IMG/VR virus record: IMGVR_UViG_3300042934_000980
Coordinates: 1-64,000 of that record
DNA length: 64,000 bases
Strand: one strand, 5' to 3'
The notes beneath the pieces were generated by a model, which saw nothing but the letters and a program-made list of their open reading frames with translations, was not told where the DNA came from and made no database searches. The translations under genes and the position numbers were made by a program. Below, piece by piece: positions 8,708 to 17,820 of this stretch (positions are counted from its first letter, which is position 1; every line of letters begins with the position of its first letter).

Positions 8708-11683
8708 ATGGCTAGGGAAACTCGTCATGGTACGAGAGGGAATGTCTCGGTAGACTACACAGCCCTACGGGCCGACATAAACAACATCAACCCGGTTGTA
8801 AAGGCAACCCTGCGTAACGCGGTGCCTCGCAACGGTACCCAACCTGAACGTGATGAGCTTCAGGGTACAACGACGGTCAACCCTTTTAAGTTGCAGCGGC
8901 TGAGTAACATCATCAGTGCCAACATTAACGCCGCCAGCGACCTGCGCCAGATTACGCCCTATATTGATAAGGCTGAGCTGATCTGGAGCACCATTTTGCT
9001 GTACCCCAACGGCAAACAAGACAAGACCCTCAACTACGACACCAAGCCGTCCAAGCTCAAGAATGCTAAGCTGCACGATGAGTTGCTGCGTAAGTGGGAT
9101 AACTATTACACGAACGACTATAAAATCGAGGCAGACCTGCGCTCGATTATTAACGACGTGTTGTGGAATACCGGCAGTTACACCCTGTTCAACTTAAGCC
9201 GTCCAGGCCTTGATTACCTGATCAACGGCAGCGAGATGGAAAGTGTGGCAGGTCAGGAATCCTTCAAGGAGCAAGCTAAGGCTGCAATTGACCAAGAGTT
9301 TGAGATGGTCGACGGCAAACTCCTGGCACGTAACTTGGGCACCTTTGTGCGTGACCCCAATGCCAAGGACCAGAAATCATCGGTCAGCGGTTTGGAATCG
9401 CTTTTCACCGGTCGGGCTAACTACAAAGGCACCGAGTTCAAACTCTTTAGCGGCACGGAGTTTGAAGGTGCTGAGTTCCCTATCACCCTGACGGACAACC
9501 CGGCGCTGTTGTACACCCAAAAGTTCAACGAAGTGACACGGCGCAATGATGTAAGCCAGGTCATGGGCACTGAGGACTTAAACCTTGTCATTCACCGTTC
9601 GGTTGCAAAGGACAAGAAAAAGAGAAAGCCCACCGACCCTAAGGCCACCACGCAAAACCTGTCTGAAGAACAAGCCGAAGCGATCAGCCACGGCCTGTTC
9701 CCCAACCGTAACGTGGCCAGCCAGAGCATTCAGTTTGTTAAGGGTTCTGATACCCTTAAGAGTCCTCTGTACGGGCGTGGTCTGACTTGGCACGTGCCGT
9801 CTGAAGCGGTGGTTCCTATTCACCGCCAGGGCAGCAATGGGCAAAAGCAAGACTTCATCTTGCTGGTGGATGACGACGGTAACTTTCTGAAGAACACCGC
9901 CGATGCGGACTACTATCAGAGCGCCAAGTCCACCACCGGCTCGATCGCCAACGCCCCTAAAGGCGGCAGCACCGATTCGTTGATCTCCAACCTGAAGAAG
10001 ATTCAGGATGGCAAGGAATGCGACTTTGACATGCAAGAGTTTGCGGAGATGAGTAAGTCCATCATCATCCGTCAATTCATGTCCTCGATCTTGAGCGGTA
10101 AAGGTGACAACATCAGTATCAGTATTGATGAAGAAACCAACAAGATCTTCTTGGCCCGCCTGTTCAAGAAGCAAGGGGTGCGGTGCTTGTACGTGCCGGG
10201 TGAGTCGATCACCTACATTGCACTCAAGCACAACCGCATGGGGATCGGGCAGTCGTTGACCCAGACCGCCAAGATGCACATTGCGCGTCTGGCCGCCTTT
10301 GACGTCGCTGACGCCATGGCTAACCTGGAAGCTGCTCAACCCCACACCCTGATGGAGATCAACATCCAGAAGGAAGACCCGGACCCTGCACACAGCATCG
10401 CCGTGGCTCGTGGGGTGTTCTTTGAAGCCAACCCACGCTTGCACAGCATTCTGAGTACCGCGCAACTGTCGGTGCCTCAGATTGTCGACGCCCTGCGCGA
10501 GTCCTCGCTGACGGTTAAGATCAACGCCGGTGATAACCCGCACATCCCTGCGCCTGACATTAACTTGTCACACATGGATAAGCAAACGTTCAAGCCGGTG
10601 GACCAAGGCAGCCGGGAGGAGGTGCTGAACAAGATCTCCAACTACTTCTTCTTGCCGCGCAGTTGGCTGGACGTGGTGGACGGGGGTGAGAACAACTTTC
10701 AGATCGAGGCGTTGGTTGAACACCAAATGCTGCTGAACCAAGGGGCCAACTGGCAGGAACAGCTGGCGGCGTTCATCATCGACTTTGAGCGCAAGCACGC
10801 CGCAGTCAACGGGCCCTTGCTCAATGACTTGGTGGACACCATCGTTGAGAACAAGACCCTGTGGACGCCCGATAGCAAGGAACCTGTCGACGGCAAGCTG
10901 CCCGAAGAAGTCCGCATTAAGCTGATCTTGAATGACTTTCTGAACAACCTTTATTGCTGGTTGCCGACCCCAAGCAGTACGGAGTCGACCAACAAGCTTA
11001 AGGAGAAGCTGGAAGCCATTAACGATCTGGTTGAGGCTTGGCAGGAGATCTCCGGGTACACCCAGGTGATGGAGCCTATCTGCAAGGTGCTGGGGCTGGA
11101 TAAGGAAGACTTCACCCCAGATCAGATCAAGGCCTCGCTTAAAGCGATATTCCTGACTGAAGCCTTCAAGCGCTACAACATCCCGATGCCGTTTGACGAC
11201 ATCGTGAACGAAGGTAAAGGCGGTGGTATGGCGTCGTTGATTAACGCCATGGTCTTCCAGCGGGCAAACGTGGGTGAGTTCTTGGCCAAGTTTGCTATCG
11301 ACGTGGCCGGGGCTGATAAGAAGCTGGTGGCCTCTCACCAAGCCAAGATCGCCAAAGCCATGACTGCACTGGAAGCGGTAATGGCACCGGAGGATGAAGG
11401 CGGCGAGGGCGGGCTTGACGCGGATAACCCAGCGGATAGCTTGGCTGCAGCTGACGACGGCGAGGGTGAGGACGACTTGGACGATCTGGGCGGTGGTCTG
11501 GATGACGACGACGGCGGTGCACCTGCCGACGACGCACCAGAAGACGGGGAAGAGGAAGAAGAGCCAGAAAGCGAGGAAGATGACAGCGGCACTGACGGGG
11601 GTGGTGATACTCCTGACGATGACGCAGGTGCCATCGACCCTGCTGACAATGACCCTAACCACAACCCGTTTGGCACTAAATAA
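8708..11683 (+). CDS. Portal protein (phiKZ gp129-like)
   Basis: ~990 aa, head-to-head with the gp128-like gene. G-x-E sites (AGQESF, SGLESL) and a very acidic C-terminal tail. Start MARETR at 8708 follows GAGG. Confidence 0.7.
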   Translation: MARETRHGTRGNVSVDYTALRADINNINPVVKATLRNAVPRNGTQPERDELQGTTTVNPFKLQRLSNIISANINAASDLRQITPYIDKAELIWSTILLYPNGKQDKTLNYDTKPSKLKNAKLHDELLRKWDNYYTNDYKIEADLRSIINDVLWNTGSYTLFNLSRPGLDYLINGSEMESVAGQESFKEQAKAAIDQEFEMVDGKLLARNLGTFVRDPNAKDQKSSVSGLESLFTGRANYKGTEFKLFSGTEFEGAEFPITLTDNPALLYTQKFNEVTRRNDVSQVMGTEDLNLVIHRSVAKDKKKRKPTDPKATTQNLSEEQAEAISHGLFPNRNVASQSIQFVKGSDTLKSPLYGRGLTWHVPSEAVVPIHRQGSNGQKQDFILLVDDDGNFLKNTADADYYQSAKSTTGSIANAPKGGSTDSLISNLKKIQDGKECDFDMQEFAEMSKSIIIRQFMSSILSGKGDNISISIDEETNKIFLARLFKKQGVRCLYVPGESITYIALKHNRMGIGQSLTQTAKMHIARLAAFDVADAMANLEAAQPHTLMEINIQKEDPDPAHSIAVARGVFFEANPRLHSILSTAQLSVPQIVDALRESSLTVKINAGDNPHIPAPDINLSHMDKQTFKPVDQGSREEVLNKISNYFFLPRSWLDVVDGGENNFQIEALVEHQMLLNQGANWQEQLAAFIIDFERKHAAVNGPLLNDLVDTIVENKTLWTPDSKEPVDGKLPEEVRIKLILNDFLNNLYCWLPTPSSTESTNKLKEKLEAINDLVEAWQEISGYTQVMEPICKVLGLDKEDFTPDQIKASLKAIFLTEAFKRYNIPMPFDDIVNEGKGGGMASLINAMVFQRANVGEFLAKFAIDVAGADKKLVASHQAKIAKAMTALEAVMAPEDEGGEGGLDADNPADSLAAADDGEGEDDLDDLGGGLDDDDGGAPADDAPEDGEEEEEPESEEDDSGTDGGGDTPDDDAGAIDPADNDPNHNPFGTK

Positions 11684-11708
11684 ACGAAACAAAAAAGGAA
11701 AGGTCATG

Positions 11709-11740
11709 CTGGTACCTCGGGCTAATGCCCGAGGTACCAG
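11709..11740. terminator. Bidirectional hairpin
   Basis: 14-bp perfect stem CTGGTACCTCGGGC-TAAT-GCCCGAGGTACCAG between convergent genes, with an A-tract to the left. Confidence 0.8.
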
Positions 11741-11755
11741 TAGCCTTATAGCCGC

Positions 11756-12412
11756 TTACAGATGTTCTTCTAGATGTGCGTGGATCATCCAACCTGGGTA
11801 CTGGGTTTTGAGTTCCCGGTACAGCTCGGTGGTCTGACGCAGTTGGTCTGGGTTGACCACAGGGTCTTTAAGGTCGATCCTGGTAGGGTCACCCACAATC
11901 AATACAGGGTTAGCCGCCTCCATGATAGGGCCTAGACTGGCCATGTTCTTGATCCCTTCCACCAGCAAATGGAATACGCGGGTCGCTTGTGGGATGTACA
12001 GTGGCCAGTTTCGGTTCTCTTCAACGATGTTGAAGATGTGTCCGATGGCCGCCATGACGACCTGGATGTCGTAGGACAAATCCCCGGTGGTCTGGAAGTG
12101 TTTGAGGCGGACCGTGAAGTAATTGGATCCGTGAACTTCAAACGCTCGTTCTAGGAAATCGTGGTCGAACTTGATGTTGCTGTTGGGGTCTACCAGCGCT
12201 CGGGTCCCCTTGGTCTCAGCAAGTGCAACAGGGGTTGGTTTAAGTGGCTTAGGAGTAGGCTTAGCCGGTTTAAGGCGCTCTTTTATCAACCTGATCAACT
12301 GGTTCTTAGCAGGGGGCTTTAAAGCTTCCAAATGGGGAGGAAGCTCTTGGGTCTGATAAATGTTGTAATAACTCAACAACTCAACAAGCTGCTCATTGGT
12401 AAGCTCCGACAT
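11756..12412 (-). CDS. Accessory protein with N-terminal helix-extension-helix-like module
   Basis: 218 aa; N-terminus MSELTNEQLVELLSYYNI...LIRLIKERL followed by a Pro/Lys linker. Confidence 0.6.
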   Translation of the reverse strand: MSELTNEQLVELLSYYNIYQTQELPPHLEALKPPAKNQLIRLIKERLKPAKPTPKPLKPTPVALAETKGTRALVDPNSNIKFDHDFLERAFEVHGSNYFTVRLKHFQTTGDLSYDIQVVMAAIGHIFNIVEENRNWPLYIPQATRVFHLLVEGIKNMASLGPIMEAANPVLIVGDPTRIDLKDPVVNPDQLRQTTELYRELKTQYPGWMIHAHLEEHL

Positions 12413-12448
12413 AATACTTCTACTACCTTCTCAAACAAATTAAGGAAC

Positions 12449-12474
12449 CCGTGGGGATAAACCACTCCCCACGG
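12449..12474 (-). terminator. Hairpin (terminator or processing site)
   Basis: 9-bp stem CCGTGGGGA/TCCCCACGG. Confidence 0.55.
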
Positions 12475-12490
12475 AACGTACCGCCTTAAC

Positions 12491-13465
12491 TTAGACGGTG
12501 GTGATAAAATGCATCGGGGTGGAGTTACGGTCACGCATACCTGCGGACAAGATCCAACCGTCGTAGTTGCGTGTTGTCACCGCAGCCAAACCCGGCGCGA
12601 GCGTGTCTACTGGAGCAACCTCAAGCAACCACTGCTCTTTCTCGTGCAGCGCGTAAGGGTAATCTTTAAGACGCGTTCTGATGCTGTCGTGCAGTGCATG
12701 CAACTTGGCGAAACGTTCGGGTTGGCTCATCGCGTCATCCGTGTCAAGCTCCGGGTAAGCTCGGTCCATGTAGGCGTTCCAGAGGTTGTCAAAGGTTTCG
12801 TCTTTGTCCCGGCCCAGCTTAAAGCTTACCAAAGCACTCCGAACATGCGGTTCGTTCTGAAGGTTGCTTTCGGTAGCAGATGTGGAAAGGGAGCACTGTG
12901 TTTGGCTCAGCTCACGGCGCACCAGTTCCAACAGTTCCAGCCCGTCGGGCAGGTTTGCGGCTTTTTGGCTGTGGTTGAACGGATGGATCTGGGTCAACGA
13001 GTACGCTGCCAGTTTATCCGCCAGCACCGAGCCTGATGCAACCTTGGAAGTGTAGGGACGCACTCCCAAAAAGAGCGGTCTCGGTGCTGGGACATCCCGC
13101 ACCTCTGACGGCCCAGGTTTAAGCTCATACACCTTGGGTGCGTTCGCATCACCTCGATTCTTCATGACAATGAATTCGTGACTGACCCCGAAAGGTTCAT
13201 TGGCGATGATCGAGAACTTGACCCGGTTTTTACCGTACGGTTCGTTCGAGTAGTAATGCACTTTGACCACCACGTCGTATTTCGTGGCCAACAGGTGGTT
13301 GATCTCTTGGTGACGCTCAAAGAAGCGTTCAGGGATCAGCACCGCGGCGTCGTCATCGAACATCGGTTGAAGGCACGCATTGGCGATGGGGGGCATGGTC
13401 ATCTTCTGTTCACCGAACATACCGGACAGGTCGAAGATGTACACTTTTGGAAGTTGGATACTCAT
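12491..13465 (-). CDS. Hypothetical accessory protein
   Basis: 324-aa ORF with an AAGGA RBS; no family recognised. Confidence 0.6.
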   Translation of the reverse strand: MSIQLPKVYIFDLSGMFGEQKMTMPPIANACLQPMFDDDAAVLIPERFFERHQEINHLLATKYDVVVKVHYYSNEPYGKNRVKFSIIANEPFGVSHEFIVMKNRGDANAPKVYELKPGPSEVRDVPAPRPLFLGVRPYTSKVASGSVLADKLAAYSLTQIHPFNHSQKAANLPDGLELLELVRRELSQTQCSLSTSATESNLQNEPHVRSALVSFKLGRDKDETFDNLWNAYMDRAYPELDTDDAMSQPERFAKLHALHDSIRTRLKDYPYALHEKEQWLLEVAPVDTLAPGLAAVTTRNYDGWILSAGMRDRNSTPMHFITTV

Positions 13466-13499
13466 GGCTAGTTTCCTTGTTACTGAATGTGGGTGAGAT

Positions 13500-14051
13500 T
13501 TACTTGGTGTTGTGCAGCCGGCGTTGAATTTCTTCGATCAGCTCTGTACCGGTGGGCAGCTCTTTACCCTTGAGGTACTCAGGTGCTGATTGGAAAGCCA
13601 GCAAACGGTTGCAACCGAGCAGGTTGGCGATGTCGCGGTTGGACAAGTGGCTGTAGTCCTTGGCGGGTACTTCGGTCGGCCCTGGGATCTGGTGCCCCAT
13701 GTGTTGGGTCGACACCACCGAGTCATCACTGTGGTCAACGGGAACGAGTTGGAAGTACCAGCCCTGGTAGTTAGTGAGAGGAGCAAAGTTCTTCTCGGCA
13801 CCAGTTGGGTGCTCAGGACGGGTTTGCCCGGGCTCTATGTTCTCGATCACGAAAGTGACCACGTGATCCCGCGTGGCACCCGATGCCACTACACCGTCGT
13901 AGATATCAAGCGCACGCTTCCACACACGGTCTGGATGCAGATTTTCAGGCCAGCTGGACAGCAGAGCTACTTCACGCAGCCGACGGGCCAGCCACTTCAT
14001 GCGCTCTGGGTGTTGCAGAGTACCGCTCTGGTTCAGGTCGATCTTGATCAT
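13500..14051 (-). CDS. Accessory protein with C-terminal helix-extension-helix-like module
   Basis: ATG at 14051 after GGAG; C-terminus HLSNRDIANLL...ELIEEIQRRL. Confidence 0.6.
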   Translation of the reverse strand: MIKIDLNQSGTLQHPERMKWLARRLREVALLSSWPENLHPDRVWKRALDIYDGVVASGATRDHVVTFVIENIEPGQTRPEHPTGAEKNFAPLTNYQGWYFQLVPVDHSDDSVVSTQHMGHQIPGPTEVPAKDYSHLSNRDIANLLGCNRLLAFQSAPEYLKGKELPTGTELIEEIQRRLHNTK

Positions 14052-14099
14052 GAGGTTCTCCAAAGCTTGGTTAAAAGATAAAGGTTCCGTAGAATTTTG

Positions 14100-14906
14100 T
14101 TACTTAGGCTCCTCTTTCTTTTCTGGGACCTGAACGGCATCCATCAGTTTCAAAGGCAGTATCTGACAGTAATGCCCTTCCAAACTATTTTTAAAAGCCT
14201 CTTGGTATTCGGCGTCGTGTGCGGGTTTTTCCTTGAGCAGTATATCCAATGGCCGGAAACGGTACTCGATTGTTTGGTCCTGTTCATTGATGACGAAACT
14301 ACCAACGTTCTCGTGGGTTTGCCAGAAGTGGAACTGGATTTGTTTGCCCTCTGTTGCATCACCCACACGTCGGCCCGAGAAGCGCCACACATGGCCGTTT
14401 GAGTAGATGTGCTTAAAGGTTTCCTTTCCCTCGGTCATGAAGATACGCCAATCAGAGAAGTCGGCCTTAATTTCAAGACGACAGACGTCGCCCTTATACG
14501 CTTTGCACGCTTCTTGAATGTTGATTACTTCTCCAACTTGTCGCAGGTAACTACGCCAGAAGCTTAACGGTTTGTCTGGTGTTTGTTTGAGCAAAAGGTC
14601 AATGGCTTCATCCGGGATATACCTGCCCCAACAATCTCGCTCCACCACCCAAGAAACACGGTAAACCTCACCCATGTACGGAACGGGCTTGATCGGTTGC
14701 ATGATCGCCAGACGTTCAGCGATGGCGGCCAGTACGCCGCGGGCTTCATCTGACATTGGCAGGTAACTGGCCAGAGTAGCTGCTTTCAACCCCAACACTT
14801 GGGTGGGTAGACCGAAGGTATTATCGTAGCTATTATGGACTTGGTTGGTCAGGGTGTTTTCCCCGAGCATGATCTTGGTCAACGGAGTTTTAGTGTAAGG
14901 TGACAT
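14100..14906 (-). CDS. Hypothetical accessory protein
   Basis: 268-aa ORF with a GGGAG RBS. Confidence 0.6.
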   Translation of the reverse strand: MSPYTKTPLTKIMLGENTLTNQVHNSYDNTFGLPTQVLGLKAATLASYLPMSDEARGVLAAIAERLAIMQPIKPVPYMGEVYRVSWVVERDCWGRYIPDEAIDLLLKQTPDKPLSFWRSYLRQVGEVINIQEACKAYKGDVCRLEIKADFSDWRIFMTEGKETFKHIYSNGHVWRFSGRRVGDATEGKQIQFHFWQTHENVGSFVINEQDQTIEYRFRPLDILLKEKPAHDAEYQEAFKNSLEGHYCQILPLKLMDAVQVPEKKEEPK

Positions 14907-14929
14907 GTTGTTGCTCCCAATTAGAAAAG

Positions 14930-14963
14930 AACAAAAAATAAAGGACCCCGTGAGAGGTCCTTT
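14930..14963 (-). terminator. Intrinsic terminator
   Basis: On the minus strand, stem AAAGGACC/GGTCCTTT followed by ATTTTTTG. Confidence 0.7.
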
Positions 14964-14976
14964 GAATCAGCAACCC

Positions 14977-15312
14977 TTACAGGCCGCTGACTTTACCGAT
15001 CGAGCCACCGACCATGGCGCCCAGCTGAGCACAGCTGATGCCGAAGCTTGCCGAGATGGCACCGGTCAGAATCTTGGCACCGGTACCGCAGTGGTTGGAG
15101 AATGGGGACAGGAGAGTACCCATGCCGTAACCGCCGATTGCGCCGGCCACAGCGCCGACTACACCTGCGCCTACCGATTGACCTTGAGCGACGGCTACCA
15201 CGCCACCGAGCAGGCCGCCCACTACACCGCAGACTTCCGAGACAGCTACGCCGTCGTTACGAACGCCCATGATGCCTTTGTATTCAGTGTTTTCTTGAGC
15301 TTGATTAGTCAT
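14977..15312 (-). CDS. Small glycine-zipper membrane protein
   Basis: 111 aa with repeated GxxxG (GVVGGLLGG, GAGVVGAVAGAIGGYGMG) in hydrophobic segments. Confidence 0.65.
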   Translation of the reverse strand: MTNQAQENTEYKGIMGVRNDGVAVSEVCGVVGGLLGGVVAVAQGQSVGAGVVGAVAGAIGGYGMGTLLSPFSNHCGTGAKILTGAISASFGISCAQLGAMVGGSIGKVSGL

Positions 15313-15370
15313 GTTCCAATACCTTGTGTTACGGACTGATAGAAAGTTATTTGTGTTGCTTAACTACATC

Positions 15371-15388
15371 GGTAATATAGGCTTGAAA
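15371..15388 (-). promoter_or_regulatory. Early (virion RNAP) promoter, TATATTAC type
   Basis: Minus strand reads TTTCAAGCCTATATTACC, containing the phiKZ early consensus TATATTAC; near copy at 20671-20688. Confidence 0.7.
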
Positions 15389-15402
15389 CAAACTGTAAGT
15401 TA

Positions 15403-15452
15403 AAAATAAAAAGAACGAATAGAGTCCTGCCCAGGTTTCCCCGGGCAGGCTC
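15403..15452 (-). terminator. Intrinsic terminator of the nvRNAP operon
   Basis: Stem CCTGCCC/GGGCAGG followed on the minus strand by a T-rich tract (TTCGTTCTTTTTATTTTT). Confidence 0.7.
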
Positions 15453-15477
15453 CACAAGTTACTTAGCGCTAAGTGAC

Positions 15478-17787
15478 TCAGTCCAAACTCAAAAACACCA
15501 GTGGGTTACGACGCGATACGTGGCGCAATGTTGCCATGTTCTTGTCGATCGCCGAATAGCTAAACAGCCAGAGGTTCTCACTGCTTTGGGTAAAGCAGAT
15601 CAACTTGTCAGTGACTTCAACCGACTGCTCGCCCATAGTCGAAGCAAAGCCTTTCTCGATCACATCGAAGTATTCCGGGAACGTGCTACGTTTCATGACG
15701 ACGGGCAGGTTCGTGTCGGTGTAGATCGGGCCGCCTTTTTGGTTGACGAAAGTGACAGAGAGGTTACGCTCCAGCACCAGTTCTTGTTCACGCTTGATCT
15801 GCTCGATCGCCCCCAGCTCTTGGTCGCCCGCTTTAAACGGATGGCCGAAGGTAAACAGCTTCAGGCTCTCGGTCAGGTAGTGCGGCTTGTCAACTTGGTT
15901 GAACAGACGAAACATCATCTCGTCGGTTTTGTCCAGGTGCAGGTCCAGCTCATCGTGGTCGCGGATGAGGCTTTCCACCGACAGGTGGTGCGGTTGATGA
16001 GGGAATGGGTCATACCCACCGGCGTTGATCAGGTAATCATTGAAGATTGCGGTAAGGCGCTCATCAATGAAGTCACACAGCTCACGGCTGATGATGCCGG
16101 CCTTGAAGTACCCCAGCATTTTCTTGCACGCTTCAAACAAGCTGGGCTGGTTCTGGATCTTGCTGTCCTTAAACAGGAACGGCAGGTCGTGGAACAAGCG
16201 AATCTTGTCTTCTGGGCTTTCGCAGTCAAAGGTGTCCCAGATCGTGCTGTTAAAGCTCACTGCGTTGGGGGTGGTGATCTTGCCGGCCAAGCGCTGGTTG
16301 ACTGCTGTCAGGGTGCTTTCCAATTGCTTGGAGTTGTTAGCCACCACCACGTCTTTAACGGCGATCACCGGCAAAGCTGCATCGAGCGCATTGAACGTGT
16401 CCAGCTCGATCTCAGTCGGCTTGTCGGTCTTAACCAGCTCTTCCATCGGATACGCCACCACCGACATCACACCGCCGCCGGTAGGGTTTTCGAGCAGCGG
16501 CAAGAGTTTAGTGGGGTCGGTTAACACGGTTGCCATGTCAAGGTCCTCGCTTCTTACCAGGGTACTGAACCACCCACTGTCCGCTTCCAGGTCGATGATC
16601 ACGATCCGGAAACAGCCGGGTTGTACCGTTTGTTCTTGGCCCATTTCTGGGTGTTTGCGAAACGCGTGTTTGATCTGTTTCCAATCGGATTCAGGAATCA
16701 CGTAATGCTTGGGTTTGCCGATGCTGTTAAAGAACCGACCCAGTTGGAACTCAGCCTTGTTCTCCGGAGTGAGGTTGTTGATGTCATTACGAATTTTGTT
16801 CCAACGCTCCTCCTCAAACATGCTGTTGACCCGCGCCGCTTGAAAGCCTGTTGCTTCGCCACGATACTCCCGCGCACCGCGGTGGATCATGTCGTACACA
16901 TCTTTCATGCTGCTGTTGTCGGCTGGCGCACCGGTCATGCCGTTGTTGCCGTACAGATAATCAGCGCCTGCCTCATAGCGCAGGTTCTGAATGTCGGTAC
17001 GCACCGGAGCTTTAACCTCAAAGGTCAGGCCGGCGTAAGGGTTGTTAACCCCAAAGGCTGCACACGCGGTGTTGACCACATCGTTCATCTTTTCCAGGTT
17101 GGGCATCTTGCTGGCCAGGTCCTTAGGAAGCGCCCGGGCGTGCAGTTGACCTTCTTGGGTTTTCATCAACCACTGGACCATCTCAAAGAACAAGATAGAC
17201 CGGATGGCGATTTCTGCCGCTTGCAGGTATTGATTGGCGTTGAGCTCGTCTTTACCGGTTTCGCGTTTGATGTTGATGATCCGCCAGCCAAACAATGGCG
17301 CGGCGGCAATAGCCACTGGACGGTTGAACTCGTGGTGCTTGGAGAATGTTGTCACAAACGCTTCACGGACACCACAGGGGTTGCCGATCTCGTTGCGACG
17401 AAAGCTTTCCAAGGTCTGGCGGTACACCTCATAGAACTTACCCATGCGGGCAATGATCTGTTGCATGAAGAGCACGTTCACCGGGGCAACTTGCGCTGCC
17501 ATGTACTGCATGGAATCTTGATCCGGGCCGGACGCATTGACAATTTCTTGAATGCCCGAATCGTAGCCAGCGCCTTGGTTGTACTGCTCCCACTTAATCG
17601 TGGAACCGTGCATCCCAACTTGGCCGCCTTCAGACATCTGGCGCATGATGGCCATGGGGTCTTGCTGTTGCATCATCCCCATTTGACCAGCACCTGGGTT
17701 GGCGCGGCTCGCCATACCTGGCATGGACTGTGGGACTTGTACAGCGGCACTCGGTCGCAGTAGATTGCCGGGATTGTTCTGTTGCAT
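15478..17787 (-). CDS. Conserved phiKZ-like protein downstream of the nvRNAP subunit; Q/M/G-rich N-terminus
   Basis: 769-aa ORF in the operon with the RNAP subunit; low-complexity first ~90 aa. Confidence 0.65.
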   Translation of the reverse strand: MQQNNPGNLLRPSAAVQVPQSMPGMASRANPGAGQMGMMQQQDPMAIMRQMSEGGQVGMHGSTIKWEQYNQGAGYDSGIQEIVNASGPDQDSMQYMAAQVAPVNVLFMQQIIARMGKFYEVYRQTLESFRRNEIGNPCGVREAFVTTFSKHHEFNRPVAIAAAPLFGWRIINIKRETGKDELNANQYLQAAEIAIRSILFFEMVQWLMKTQEGQLHARALPKDLASKMPNLEKMNDVVNTACAAFGVNNPYAGLTFEVKAPVRTDIQNLRYEAGADYLYGNNGMTGAPADNSSMKDVYDMIHRGAREYRGEATGFQAARVNSMFEEERWNKIRNDINNLTPENKAEFQLGRFFNSIGKPKHYVIPESDWKQIKHAFRKHPEMGQEQTVQPGCFRIVIIDLEADSGWFSTLVRSEDLDMATVLTDPTKLLPLLENPTGGGVMSVVAYPMEELVKTDKPTEIELDTFNALDAALPVIAVKDVVVANNSKQLESTLTAVNQRLAGKITTPNAVSFNSTIWDTFDCESPEDKIRLFHDLPFLFKDSKIQNQPSLFEACKKMLGYFKAGIISRELCDFIDERLTAIFNDYLINAGGYDPFPHQPHHLSVESLIRDHDELDLHLDKTDEMMFRLFNQVDKPHYLTESLKLFTFGHPFKAGDQELGAIEQIKREQELVLERNLSVTFVNQKGGPIYTDTNLPVVMKRSTFPEYFDVIEKGFASTMGEQSVEVTDKLICFTQSSENLWLFSYSAIDKNMATLRHVSRRNPLVFLSLD

Positions 17788-17820
17788 GGCTAGTTCACTC
17801 TATCTGGGGCACGGATGCCC

